Below are positions 24,954-38,510 of a stretch of DNA of 64,000 nt, in pieces. The first letter of the stretch is position 1; every line of letters starts with the position of its first letter. The stretch comes from Laetmonice hystrix (taxonomy: Eukaryota): NCBI GenBank assembly GCA_965235115.1, contig OZ249438.1, forward strand, positions 22,382,001 through 22,446,000, read 5' to 3'. Both the position numbers and the translations under genes were made by a program. The notes under the pieces are model-generated. The model searched no databases, was not told the origin of the DNA, and was given only the letters and a program-made list of their open reading frames with translations.

Positions 24954-27900
24954 TCGCATGAATTGCGTAACGTGCGTATTATGAACGATATCGTCTCGCA
25001 TTATGTTTGCCATATAGCGTCATGTGTGAATATCAGAATGTCCACCAGAGAAACTTCATGGCCTCAAGAACAGGAGCACTGCCCTCTCAAAGTAACCAAA
25101 CATTAGGGGCAACCTCATATAATAATACCACGGCCAGAGTCGACTGACCCTGTCCATCTAACGGATGTTGTAGAGTGGTGGCACCTGCATCAAACAACTT
25201 CATTGTTTCTTCACACGCTATCGCTGTCTTCACTAGGCAGCAACACCCCAACAAACGTAGTTAGGAGGCATCCAAACAAGTTGGTTCCTCCTCAAAGCCG
25301 GAGATCGCTTGACTTGACTGAGCGTTGCCTTCCCACCTCCCGTTCATTCAGCGCGACTTATACGCTTGACACTACATCAATGAGCGGTCAGCGACTTCCA
25401 ATACACCTGTCCTACCATCTTGCTCACTCGACTGGCTCGGGCCTGCCGGTCATCAAAGGACTTTGATGACTATTATATTGGATTATAATATGCCACTTTA
25501 AGTTGCCTTCATAGGGCAGAGAATGTAATTAAACCTTGGTGCTGCTGTGCGACTCGAGTTGCCTGCATCATCCTATCAATATGGTAAGTGGGGTCCTATT
25601 TCAAACAACTTCATATAAGGTCAAATACAGGACATCTACTTGGGGATGGCTGGAATATCTATATGATCCCCTCGTTGGGGAAATGAGAAATGTCGGACAT
25701 TAGCGCTACTGACATGACCCGGACAGATGAGGTCAGTGGCGTCCAGGCTATACGGACCTGACCATGCATGTATATCATACATATATAAACAGGTTCTGGG
25801 TCCAACCATGAAAGCCGGACATCTGACCAGGGCCATGTAATCCGACCTTACTTACATTGTCAAAACATTTCAAAATATGATAGACGGCATTGGACTATGG
25901 ACTGACAGGGGCACTTCATTGTCGAACCACTATTCAGGGAAATTCAGGGTTCTCCACTCGGTTAATTATTTGGTCAATTGTCAAATACTTGTAATTTACA
26001 ACTGACTTTAACATAGAGTGATTGACTTTGTAACCTGTTCAGTTATCGATGGATGAAAACGTGTCCTAGATACTCCAGGCCATCAACATGGCAATTAATG
26101 TGAATAAAGAGACGTCACAACATGTAGTGAAGATTAAGAGTACCTGTACCTTCTGCGATCTCCGTTTTCTACATGATAGCGATACTAATTGGTTTTATAT
26201 GAACAGACGCTCAAGCCGGAGATGAGATGCATTTTTTAGGTTTGTTTGACGCACGTTACAAGTGCAGGATACGTTGATCCACTTTTTCATTGGTGAAGTT
26301 TAGAAGGGCAAAGTGGCCGCTGGCGTCGGCGGCCCTGTCAGCCCCTTCCCCTCCGGCCGTCATGTTCCGGCCTCAGGGGAGTCGCGCTGATTGTCCTGTT
26401 GCACTGAGCAAGGCCAATACAGCGTAGGTTTGGGATCGAGAAGCCCACACTCATGACAGACTGTCATTGTGCTTGCCAGCCCCATTGGCCCCTAGTCCAG
26501 GAGCCAGGCCGGGGCCAATGCCTGCCCATCAGACAAGGCCAAGCACGCTGCCCGGGCAGGGGGTACCTCCATAAAGCCGAGGTCCTCCGGTCCTCGTGTC
26601 CCCTCCACATTGCCCCGATTTGCATGATTATTCTGAGCGTCACGAGATGCAGCAATGGCCAATGACGATAATCGCTACTGGCTGGCTGACCTGTGGCCAG
26701 GTCCGGCCAGCCAGCCAGCCAGCTAGCCGCCAGGCCGCCTGCCCGCCTGCCAGCCTACAGCACTAGCCTTTCCTCTCTCTCTCCCTTCACCTTTGCCTGT
26801 ATTACACGGCCGCCATGTCCCATCAAGGGTTCAATAACCGACCCATTCCTGTACCACTGGCCAAGTTCAAAGGAAGGCGCCTGACCTGCCCGTGTCAGGC
26901 CTGCAAGGATTCTCATTTTCTCCTTCTATACGGCCGGGGTCTGGGTGGAAGTCCTGCCTCTGGTCACTGGAGAATCTGCAAGGAAGTGGCGTTCTGCCCC
27001 TCCAGGCCATGGTCCTCCAGTAGCCTGTGGCTGGCCAGCGCCGTGCCCTTTTGCCCAGGAGGGCTCCCTGGGCCAATCGTGTGATTCCCCAACTGGCTTC
27101 AAGCCTGTGCCTGGCACATCTCAGCGTGACCTAACACGACTCCCATTTGCCGCGCCCTTTTAATATCCACCAACTATCAACCTTCTTTGGCCCTCGGCTT
27201 GAAGCCAGCGCGGTAACGGAAAACACGGTAAATATAGACATGTAATGGTCGACTCCCGTTTTACCTTTCTTCACACCACTGTCGATTGTCTTTCAATGAA
27301 TAAGGTTATATCTGATGATTAGGACCAATCTCATGAACCGACTGCGGCAGATTTTAATGGTGTTAATGATGTTATACGTTGATTACATTTCTACAACAGC
27401 ATCTCGATGTGACTTACGGGTTTTATCAACCACCTGCTGTTCTAGGGTAACTATAACTCGACCAATGATGAGAACGTTGGTCATGCTTCGGTGAATTCTC
27501 AGTATCAAATACCAGGATATAGTCAAGTATCCCATTTTGATTTTTGTATACAAACGAGAAGCCAAATGGCCTGCTCCGATGTCCCGTTTCGGTCCAAGGG
27601 AGCACTCTTCTATTCAGTGACCACGCAGTCTCAGGATCCTGGTCTGGTATTGTACGAGTAACCATCAAGGCCTGGGGGTATACCCAAGGATTCACACATA
27701 CATACATGTATACATATACATACAAGGTACATGACGGTCAAAAGATAAAGCCTGAATCTACCTGAGCCCGTGACACAGAGCCTTCTGAGGTGTTCTTCCT
27801 TTTTATTTTACTGACCCATTTGGGTGGTGGACTGGCACCTACATTATTATTACAACCATCAGATGGGAGAAAATACACACCTCCGACAGCTGCCTTCGTA

Positions 27901-28797
27901 AAGACTGGCCAGCAGCAACAAGAAAATAAAGGCTGCATGAAAAAAGTTTATAGACCTTTAGAAAAGTGTGGTCCAGAATTTATCCGTAACCGATATCATG
28001 GTTTCTTGGCTTGACGTCTTCTTTTCAAACGGTCACACAAAAAGAATATAGCCGAATCTAATACTTCTACATCGTAAATATCCATGATGCTTCACTGATC
28101 GTTCATGTATTTAGTAAATAATGGGGCTGTCTCGCACTTTTTAACCTGTATGGATCTATTGAAAAAAGTAGTGGTACTAACAGTAATTCCAGCGTTGACA
28201 CCTATAATGGCAAGCAACATATGAATCTATTCCTTCAACACTACATTCATTAGGCATACTTCAGATCGGTATCGTTTTACATTATAGCTTAAACAAACTA
28301 GGATATTTGCTTCAACTTCTTTTTTTTCAAAAAGCTGTTTGAAAATGACCCAAGTACATTAATCAAATAGGAAAAAACTGCCCTTAGAAGTCTTTCTTTC
28401 ACAAGTAATTTGGAAGGGATACTTTACTCTTTCGCATTATCTTAGCTCCAGATGGCCACCCCCTCCCCTCCCGTGACCCCAGTGACCTCTGGTTACAGCA
28501 GCTTCATCATTCACTACACTAGAGCACAGATGTGTTTATTATTACACAACTTTCAGTAATCACCCAACCTTATTACCGGGCCAGCCAAATGTTAGGCAGA
28601 TGGTCAGTCGCCATGCCCCCATGTATGCATGTCAAGTCACCCCCTCCCTACCCCGACTCGCACCCCCTACCCCCACCCCTTAGAAATGATTACAATCCAA
28701 ACCCCTGTACAGCTGCATCATAGGGACATAGGTCCTTCCATTGCTTTCTCATCAACCTCACAAAAAGAAACACTTTTCTGCTGTTGTTGTAAGCTTG

Positions 28798-28965
28798 TAG
28801 CGGTCGGGTCCTGTTTAGCTGACAGAAAAAGGACTAGCTAGCGATCGGGTCCTGTTTAGCTGACAGAAAAAGGACTAGCTAGCGATCGGGTCCTGTTTAG
28901 CTGACAGAAAAAGGACTAGCTAGCGATCGGGTCCTGTTTAGCTGAAAGAAAAAGGACTAGCTAGC
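28798..28965. repeat. 41-bp minisatellite, 4.1 near-identical copies
   Basis: tagcgatcgggtcctgtttagctgacagaaaaaggactagc at 28798, 28839, 28880 and 28921; single substitutions in units 1 and 4. Confidence 0.95.
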
Positions 28966-31695
28966 AGGGACTTGGAGCCCTGGTGCAGGTGGCAGAGCAT
29001 GGGAACAAACGGCCTGCCTGCAGACTGCCAATGTCAGCAAGCTACGATGGAAGGTCACTTCAGGGGAAGAAAGTCTTGGCGGCAAGGTCATATTAAGTGT
29101 AACACCTATTGTCATATTTGCCAATGGCATGGATTGGCCTGGCTTGCACGTGCTGGCATCAGCACACTGTGTGTTCCCACCCAGAGTGATGTTACGATTT
29201 GACGTTTGGACGTGAATCCCATCGGCACGTTCCGAATGTAATCCGTGCCAGCGCCCAAATTATCACAGCTTCCAGATCATCTTCTCATTGTACTCATCTA
29301 GTTGATCTCACTCTGGGTAGGAATGTTTGAGCTCTGTGCCGTGTACGCCATGTTTTCAACATCTATACGTCTAAAAACGTACGTAGTGTCCATTACGTCT
29401 TCATACATATATATTTCTCCAATTATCCACGGCTGAATACATCATTCTATATATAAACCTACACATGAATAATTGCCAAAGGACAAGGCTACTAACACGC
29501 CCGCCCCACCCCTACATAATGTCCGGGCGGTGACAATGTGACATTATGACGCTCTGAAAGCTACACTGCACTGCGGAGAATTCCAGGCTAATACTGTGAA
29601 TGGCCACCACCTCCCCGCTCCCCCTCACCTGTCGAATACCTGTCGCAGATGGTCAATGGGGCAGCAGGCTGGAAGATTGATGAACACAGACAAACACCAA
29701 GGCAATCATCTCATGTGTTAACTCCTCGTTAAACACATTAGAGCGCTACACCTGTGGTCGGGCCGTGTCAGCTACCCTATGTTCTCGGCGTCACCTTACA
29801 CACTGACCACGCAGCTGAAAAACTCGCTGCCGTGTCCACGGTGAAATATGGCACACATTTAGCCTATTCCACTGAACCGCGCAGAGCAAAAATATATATA
29901 ATAGGGACGTTGACACTTGCCGTACTTCAAATGTCCAAATAACGGGTTAGCTTTTTTTTTAGGTGGGCCGGCTTTATTAAAGCCGTTCTGCTTGAGTTGA
30001 TATTTTAGTTCCCAAAGGTGTCTTCAATAAACGGGACACATGGAACCTGAACATTAGATAGGACAGGGTAGATCTGGGACAACTTGCATGGCAAGACGCC
30101 ATTCTTTTGTCAGCTGTACCGCAATAAAACAAAGTGAAAAAGGGGTTGTAATGATGAGGTTCCTATTGCCTTTTACATGTTGATGTCCTGAAGCGTTTGT
30201 GACTGGCGAAACGATGTTGTCGGCCGGTGGGGAGAGGGAGGGAGAGAAGGGAGAGAGAGAGAGGGGTTCTCATCTAAGGTAATGAACACTGGCACACCTC
30301 CACGAGCAGGTTATAGTGGCGGGCACTGCCGTTACAATCACAGCTCTCCGGCTGGAGGACCCACTAGAGGAACTCGCTGGAGGCCTCTCTACCCGAGTTG
30401 GCGTGAAGCGAGCGCGCTGGTCGGCTGGCCGCCTGGTGTGTGGGGGGAGTGGGTGGATAGATGGATGGATGGTGAACGTTCACGTGGCCAGCTTCAGTTG
30501 TCACTCATAATGCTACTTGTCAGATTGTCCCATGGTGACAGTTGTGCTGGAGGATGCTCGTGGGACCCCCATCTCCCCCGACCACCACCACCGCCCTCAC
30601 ACACATACCCAGTGATGAGGAGGCAGGTATCTGATTGCTCCCCTCCAGGCAGGGTCCAGCAGACCGGCGAGGGTGGACGGTGGAGGGAGGGGGCGGACGG
30701 CGGGGGGCGCTGGGACCACGGCTGCTGGATGGAACACCTGAGGTAACGCTCCACCATCATCGACAACAGACGGGATGGGGGAGGTGAAGGAAATGGTGCC
30801 CCGCAGACGGTCAAAGTATGTAATCAGGTCTTGATTTAATTCTCTCACACGGGGACTGGTGAGGGTGGGGTGGGGTGGGATCTACCTTCTGGGAATTATT
30901 CCACGTGTGGAGAGCATGTCACTCCGCCGCCGCAACTCCTGATGCCTCAAGTGCCGCCTTCTATGCTGTTATTTCTCATTATGTCGTCCCTACTTTCTGT
31001 CCATCTTCTACACCTCCATGCACAAACCACCAGGGAGGGTGCTGTCAGGGAGGTTTTCGTCAGTCCCCCACGGGTGGCTTACTGGCGGTGCTGGCGGAGC
31101 CGCCCAGTGTCGGGGACCGGGAGCTGTGGAGGGGGGGGGGGGGGGTACGGCTGCTCCCAGCTGGGCTGGAGGCGGAGGGGTGCCAGGCGGGGCTGGTCGG
31201 CTGTCCACAGAGACCATCGACACGACGGCCTGTCACCGCCACTACCTGAGCACCGAGTTGACGTATACGTTCACTTTGTGCCACAGAACAGACCCGGCTG
31301 AGGATGCTCCTGGTGACACTGATGGCAGGGGATGCTGGGAGGGAGGAGGGGATGGGGAGGGGGTTTGGGAGGGTGTCTTGAGACAGGTGCCATGTATGCT
31401 GTACAACTGCCACTAGTGCTCATCTTCCCACAATCACACATTTGTCACTTGTAATATATGCCAGTGGCGACAGGCGTCAAGCATGAGAAGGTCTCCAAGG
31501 TACGAAGCTCGCAGCGACGTAATCTGTCGGCCGCTCGTCTGGTCCCATGTCCTCACACACAGCTGGGGGCCACCAGTCTCCTTCTTGTGACGACCACAGA
31601 AAACTGGCCTGCATCCTTGTATCTCTATACCAGGAGGGTTCTACTGACGGAGTGACCCATGCACACCACAATCCTGCCACTCCTCTCACCCTTCT

Positions 31696-31954
31696 CCTAG
31701 CGGAGTTGTCATATTGTAAGATATGGACCAACTGTGTGGACGATCAACAGTGGCCATAGTCCTAGCGGAGTTGTCATATTGTAAGATATGGGCCAACTGT
31801 GTGGACGATCAACAGTGGCCATAGTCCTAGCGGAGTTGTCATATTGTAAGATATGGACCAACTGTGTGGACGATCAACAGTGGCCATAGTCCTAGCGGAG
31901 TTGTCATATTGTAAGATATGGGCCAACTGTGTGGACGATCAACAGTGGCCATAG
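31696..31954. repeat. 65-bp minisatellite, 4 copies in ABAB (130-bp higher-order) arrangement
   Basis: cctagcggagttgtcatattgtaagatatgg(a/g)ccaactgtgtggacgatcaacagtggccatagt at 31696, 31761, 31826 and 31891; the variant base alternates a,g,a,g. Confidence 0.95.
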
Positions 31955-32112
31955 AACCTGACTTCCCCATCCCCATCCTCCTCTATGGGCAATACCAGAA
32001 CTCTATTTTAGGTATATCATGTAAGAGAGAAACACAGAATACATTATATGATACATACAATTAACATATTGGAGAAAGTTCATGGGTTCAAGCGCTATCC
32101 TTTAGATGTACA

Positions 32113-32209
32113 TCAAATTGGCAACTGTCACAACGATGATCGAGGTCAAATTGCCAACTGTGACAGCAATCATAGAGGTCAGATTGCCAACTGTCACAGC
32201 GATCAGAGG
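32113..32209. repeat. Degenerate 33-bp tandem repeat, 3 copies
   Basis: tcaaattg(g/c)caactgt(c/g)acagc/aac...gagg units at 32113, 32146 and 32179. Confidence 0.85.
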
Positions 32210-35200
32210 ACAGCGACAAATTGATCACCATGGTCAGAAACAGTCACCACCTCCCGACACCTCCACTGTCAGTCCGTGGTCGCCTGTCATTCACCTACCT
32301 CCTGTACTTAGGGACAGGAGGAAATGGCCTTCCTGGGGCTGCAGCCGGCCGCGCGTGGCCAGAGCCGGTTGGGGGTGGGCGGGGGTGGGGGGCGGTGGGT
32401 GGACGTCAACAGGCCGACATCAGAGATGGATGTAGGCCTCCACAGATCATCTGACCTGAACAGGTGCGAAAAATGTCAACACCGTTAGTGTGTGATTGGC
32501 TATGACAACGGACGACGGATGGAAGGAGGCGGCCAAACCAACGGACACATCACGCACGGTTTATTGCAACAGGAAGGGGGGAGAGGGGGACGTGCACCTT
32601 TGGAGGCCGGGGAGGAGTGGCGGGAGAAGGGGGCAGGACGCAAAGGGTGGCCCTTGCAAAGCAATGGCAACAATTCGCCTTAATTGAGGAAACTCTAGAA
32701 ACTCCAGTCCTGACTTCTTGGTCGTTGGGCCCTGGTTGGACAAGAAAGCTGCCAATTGGAGCAGACAGCCTGATTGGCGAATTCTGACTTAGGGCCCAAC
32801 TGGCCTGTCCCTGAGCTGCCTCAGTAACAGTAGAGGTCCTTAGAAAACTCAACAGCTTGTTCTGCATACTTATTGACGTAACATGAAGTCAGCAAACATG
32901 TGTACTGCCACAGAGGAGCAAAGGTGGCCTGGTTATGGCGCCAATAATCACCCAATGTTCTCAGAACAAAAAGCGCTCCTGTTGGGCAAGACGGGCCTGA
33001 CACATGGCGAACCCTGTTGGAAATAAAGTCGGCAGTCAGCGCGCTGCAAAAATGGAGGCGGGGGGGGGGGGGTGGATATTCTGCCAACCCATTTGTGGCA
33101 GCCGCTGCCATTATGGCCACCATTCTCAAGACATGTGACTCGCTGCCGGACCCTGGGCCCATAATGTCCAAATGACATTAGGACAAATTGAAGTCCATCG
33201 AATAATGGCCTGGAAAATATGTGTGACTGGATGCGAAAGGGATGGACACTTGCCTGGTGAGCACGTCATGTCAATTCCACTCCATGGACACGTTGCAAGA
33301 ATTAGTGAAAAAATACAACGCTGACCGGGTTAATAAAAATGCATTCTGCTAATCCTGCCAATTCAGGATCGGCAGTCTCTAATGTAAATTCCTGCTGGAC
33401 GGCGGGCGGCTGAGTTAATACCATGCTTGTTTTAGTGCTCCTCACCCAGGAGCAGAGGAATAAAACTCAAGCGACAGAACACAGGGTTAATAATCCGAAT
33501 CACCCCAAGCCTTTCAAAGCTTCATGAAAATTTGATGTAGCTCACCCCCTCTGCTGTTGTGTGTATAGTGCTATTACCCAGCTTTTGGTGACTGCTATGT
33601 TTGCACTGGTTTGATTATTGGGGGTCCCAAGTTAGGTACCCCGTTCCGTAGCACCCTGGGGGACCCCATATTAGCGGCTTGAACCAAACCACAACCGTTA
33701 CAAGAAAGTGTGTCACCCACACGGGCACTGCTGCGACAGTCATGATTTTTGTTACCATGCGGCAAGAAAATGCCCCTGGGACCGACAGTGATCTATTGTG
33801 GCATCCTAATGACGTAACAATGATGCAACCCCATGGTCGCCTTAAAAATGCATGTTTTTAATTGAAGTGCAGTCGGAGGCCGTTATTATTAATCCACGTT
33901 TTTTTTTGTCTCTAGCATTCACTGCCCATAGAGTATTTAGTCTGGTCATGGTCATTCGGTGCAATCAGCGTGACAAAGTCCATTATGGTTTTTCTTCACA
34001 TAAATTATACTATCTGCAGGACGGGATGGCTTTTCTTTTATAAAAGCGTGTTTTAACATGAAGCCGTGTTGAGCTTTCAACCGCTTCATCCATGGCTTGG
34101 CGCAGAGTCTGAGAGTCACAAACAAGAGGCAACATTTGAGGAACATTTAGAGATGGTCCACGGCTCCAGATACTCACACATGAATAGATGGGACTCTTGC
34201 AAAGATTCCAACTTCACGCTGTCTCTGTGAATGAATTACACGTCCATGAATAGGTGCTGATGAAATGAAGTTTAGTGGGAAAGGGAAAAAAGAGGCCAGC
34301 TACTTTTCAGATTGTGATGAAAAGAATATTTCAGAGGAATTTTTCGTCTTCGGAAGTGTGCTGTGATTGCCTGTGCTTGGATTAGAAATTGCTGCTTTAG
34401 GGCTTCGTGGTAAGCAAGCTTGCATCTGAGCTGAAATGGAATGAACCAGTGAGAAAAAAGTCCCACAGTCTTTCGCCACACAAGTATCAGTGTTTTTAGA
34501 CTGGCAGCTTTACGTAGAGAAGCTCATCAACCGGAATCAGGGGATCTGTGTGAATTTCCGATGCCAAGTGTCCGAAAGAATTAATTTATCAATCACAAAC
34601 ACTACATTGGTATTCTCTCAGTGTGATAATTTCCTTCTTTTTTCAACAACTTGGCTTTTTCCACTCAACACATTGAAATATTGCAGAATTCAAAAGTTCT
34701 AGTTTTCTGTATGCCAGTCAGTGCTGAAGAAATCGTTGGCTGCCAATTGTAATTATCAATTTAGGCTTAGCATTCGGCACATGTATTCCTGCATCTCTAC
34801 AATGTTAATTTCACAAATTAAATTGCAATTTCAAAATTTTTGTTTTGCTGAGTTTATTAATTACTGCCGTTCAGTTGCGAGCAAATCCTATCAGACTGTT
34901 CCATTTCACTGGCTGGACAAATCCTAAATTAGATCACATCACCATTCTAATTGCATCAGACGATAGTATTTACCAGATTACACCAAAGTCCTGAAATTTT
35001 CATGCATAGATAATCTCGTGTCCTTTCTAAGGTCAGTGAGTTTCAAGAAGCACTGAGGCCGTGAGAACAATAGCCAGATTAACGAAAGACTTAAGCCCTC
35101 TCAGTCAGACAACGGAAAACATGTGGAGCAATTTTACCCAGCCTCGGTACACAAATGGTGGTCCAGTATTACGAATCCCACTGCCGTGTTTTTTTCTGTC

Positions 35201-38200
35201 TCCTTCCTTCGAAGGCTGTGTTGGGTGTGGGTTGGACTGGAGTCTAATTAGAACAATGACGTCAGAATAGTGAGCGAACCAATTATAGCCATCACAGGCA
35301 TGAGAATTGCCATGCTAAGTGCTGTCAAAATGGACATTTTCTACACACTGATCAGTGGCCAATGATTTGTTTGTTTGTCCAATTATGAAGCAAATTGTAG
35401 CGAGATATCCATGGAAATAAGCCTGCAACACCATAGCTAGCATGGTCTGATGAAATTTGCATATTTCAATTTGAAGCATGGGCGTCATTGGCCTATATTG
35501 AGATTCCACACCATCCCTTATCAACTGAACACCGAGGGGAGAATTTAAATACAAAAGCATTGCGTCCCAGTCCATTTACATGGTAACACCATCAAGGGTT
35601 GTTTTCTTCTGGCTTTCTTCACTCCTCCGTTTTTAAGCATGTCAACAGGACCTGAGCACACAAGGCTAGTTGCTTAGCATCTCAGTGTGTGACGTGAATG
35701 CAGTTAGCTGGGAGGCTGCGCGAGGAATGCCTGAATCTTTAAAACCGGGGCGCCTTACGACTCGCCATGAAGTAGCGCTGGGATCGGGCAATATGCATTA
35801 CAAATGAAGTGTTGAATGGTCTCAGCGATGTAGGCGATGACCACTGTGACCGGTTTCCTGACGGCCACCATTCACGGCGCCCGCCTACACTGGTCAACGT
35901 CCGCCTTTGTCTGCGATCTCGGGCTTGTATAGATACCGCCATTCTCCTGGGTGTTTTAGCTTATCTCACGCTACAATACTGGTGTTTTGGCCTTTCTACC
36001 ATGCCCTACGGCTTAACTACCCTCCCCTCTGCCCAGTTCTGTCAGGGACCACTGCCAATGACCAACCAGTCAACGGAAGGTGACTGCATGCAGCATGCAC
36101 ACGTGCACACGTGCGTGTCCAACCTGCCTCTGGCTCTCCATCAACCAACACAATCGGGCCCCATTCAACAAAAATATTAGAACATGTGTATAAACAGAAA
36201 CTTCTATACGGCTTATACTCTTGTCTAAACAGACCCTGCACTACTTACTCGGTACTACTACCTGTGTTTCAAGTCTTTAGTAGAACTTGGAACTGGTAGA
36301 CTTGAGACGAGTTTTGTAAGACATGATTGTCTTCGGTTGATCTAAGACTATAACCCCTTCTCTCGATCAACTGTCCACTGGATGTGAGAAACATGGGGGC
36401 GGTGTGGGGTCTGAAGGGTCCCACATCTTTAGAAGATGATCCTATAGAAGGACCTGTTTACAGACATGCAAGGTGCGCCCACACAGCAGACTGTCAGTGG
36501 CTTGCATGCCCCCGGTCGTTGGTACACCGTATATTGACGTGACCAGACCTTGAAGAAACTCTCGCCGAGCCACGCCACGACGAGATCCGACCGTGATTGT
36601 CACCCAGTGTATCCAGTTACCTCCTTAATCACCCCAGCCCCACCCCAACCCGTGCCGGGGTCGGATCTTTCTTTACGACCAACACTCTAATCATCACTTA
36701 GGCCCGGTCCCTGATCACCTGACCTGGCTGCGCCCACAACTTTCAGGTACGTGCCGATCAAGTTGACGTTGGCCTATGTAACATGGATGACGATGCCAAC
36801 TCGCAGACTCGTTAAACTGATCCCTGACAGAGAGAATAATTCAGCGACACTGGAAGCTCCACACAAAGCACCCAGGTACGCTGGTATTATATAACACGGA
36901 CCACGTCCACTGCCAAATGACAGCGCTCGCCGGCTCGGCCTGGCAACCTACGTTCACATGGAAACCATCTCCAACCCTACCATCGCCTACCCTATCGGTT
37001 AAAGCGTATTATATGATCTGATTATATATGCCTCCAGGTAGAAAGACCTCCCCCGCTTCTGTCCAGCATGATGTATCGCAAGTGGAGCGTGCCAAGTGCC
37101 AAACTTAGAACTCTGTCAGTAGACGGCCTCCCTCGTCATTGAAAACAAGATGACTGTCCATCCCGGCTCCCGCCATCCACACTTTGGGGATGGCTTTTAA
37201 TTCCGACCAGGAGTTTCTCTGTCCACCGCGCCCGGGCAGAGAGACACACAGGGTTGGCGAGAGGAACTGTCCATGCCGGGTGCCATCTTCTGAGGCCACA
37301 TAATGATAAAGGACGAAGATACTGATGGCTTCTGTCACCTGATCATCTAGTACTTGTTTTCATCTGACCATCAGCAGGCACACGGCATGCATGACAAGAT
37401 AGTATCAATGTCTCATCAATGTATCATCAAGTGGTCCTCGCCACTTTGTGCCATGAAATCAGGCCCTCTCATTCCACCTATCAAAGGCCACAAGAGACTG
37501 TTCTCTGGCACAAGTGCTACCCTCTTCTCCCTCTTTTTTTAGTCTATATCTCCCCTTATTACCCCTTCCCACACAGCCCCAAACATCCATGGATACTAAG
37601 TCGAAGCACTGTTCAATGCCTTGCCATTTTTCCCATGTCTCTCCCGTTACGAGAGGGTCCCCTCATGCCATCTAGGAGTTTTAAACTACTTTTAAGTTCC
37701 ACTACCGAACCCGGATGAAATAAATCACAGATAGCCACTGCCAGCTATACACTTCCATCCATCTCAAAAATTTTAATCTCTTCCTCAATGATTTACTGTC
37801 ACTTCAAGCTGGTAAATGACTGGTCCCTCTGACTGGTTGCTTTAAGGAACCCTGCCCATAACTCACTCGCCTGATGCATGGACTTTCTAACCCGTTTGTT
37901 CAGGAAGACCAGCGAGTGTGTGTCGTCCAATAAGGCTCCGGGCATCACGACTTAAATAGCTGCAGTTCTCTTAATGCACTTTCTGCTCACCAATCTCAGG
38001 GGGCAAAATCCCAGATTTAGTTGAATCAAGTTAAGACGGTAATTTTCATTAAATCTTGAGTATAGTTTCATGTAAGCTGCTCCATAAATTCAACCAGCAT
38101 AGACAGCGCCGGAGTGATTTGTCGGCAATGCTTGGTCCTCTCCCCCAACCACCATCGACTACACCAGGCTGGGTGTGCACCGCACAATCACGGCCATAGG

Positions 38201-38455
38201 TCCTGAAGCTCTTAGTCAGCTTAATGTTGTAGCTTTTTTACAATACATTTTAATTTGTAAGAGCCCTGAGTGAAAACAGTTGCAATACGTCTAAAACCCA
38301 TCCATTATGAGGGTCATCATCCCCGTGTGCTTGTATTAATAGTTCACTTGCCAATAACTATATGAGGAGCGGGGGGATTATTGGGCAGTCAGCTTAAGGG
38401 GTGCAGCTCAGTGATGTTTGCTGACATGGACGGTAAATTACCTACTTTGTCAGTA

Positions 38456-38510
38456 GGGGGGCTGGGAGGGAGGGGAGGGGGAGGGGGAAGGGTAGGGGAG
38501 GGGGGAAAGG
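38456..38510 (+). repeat. Polypurine G-run tract with G-quadruplex/H-DNA potential
   Basis: ggggggctgggagggaggggagggggagggggaagggtaggggaggggggaaagg: nine runs of at least 3 G. Confidence 0.7.

Noticed and set aside
28798-31954. Repeat arrays as possible CRISPR arrays
   Set aside because: The units are contiguous with no unique spacers, the context is a eukaryotic intron, and no cas genes are present.
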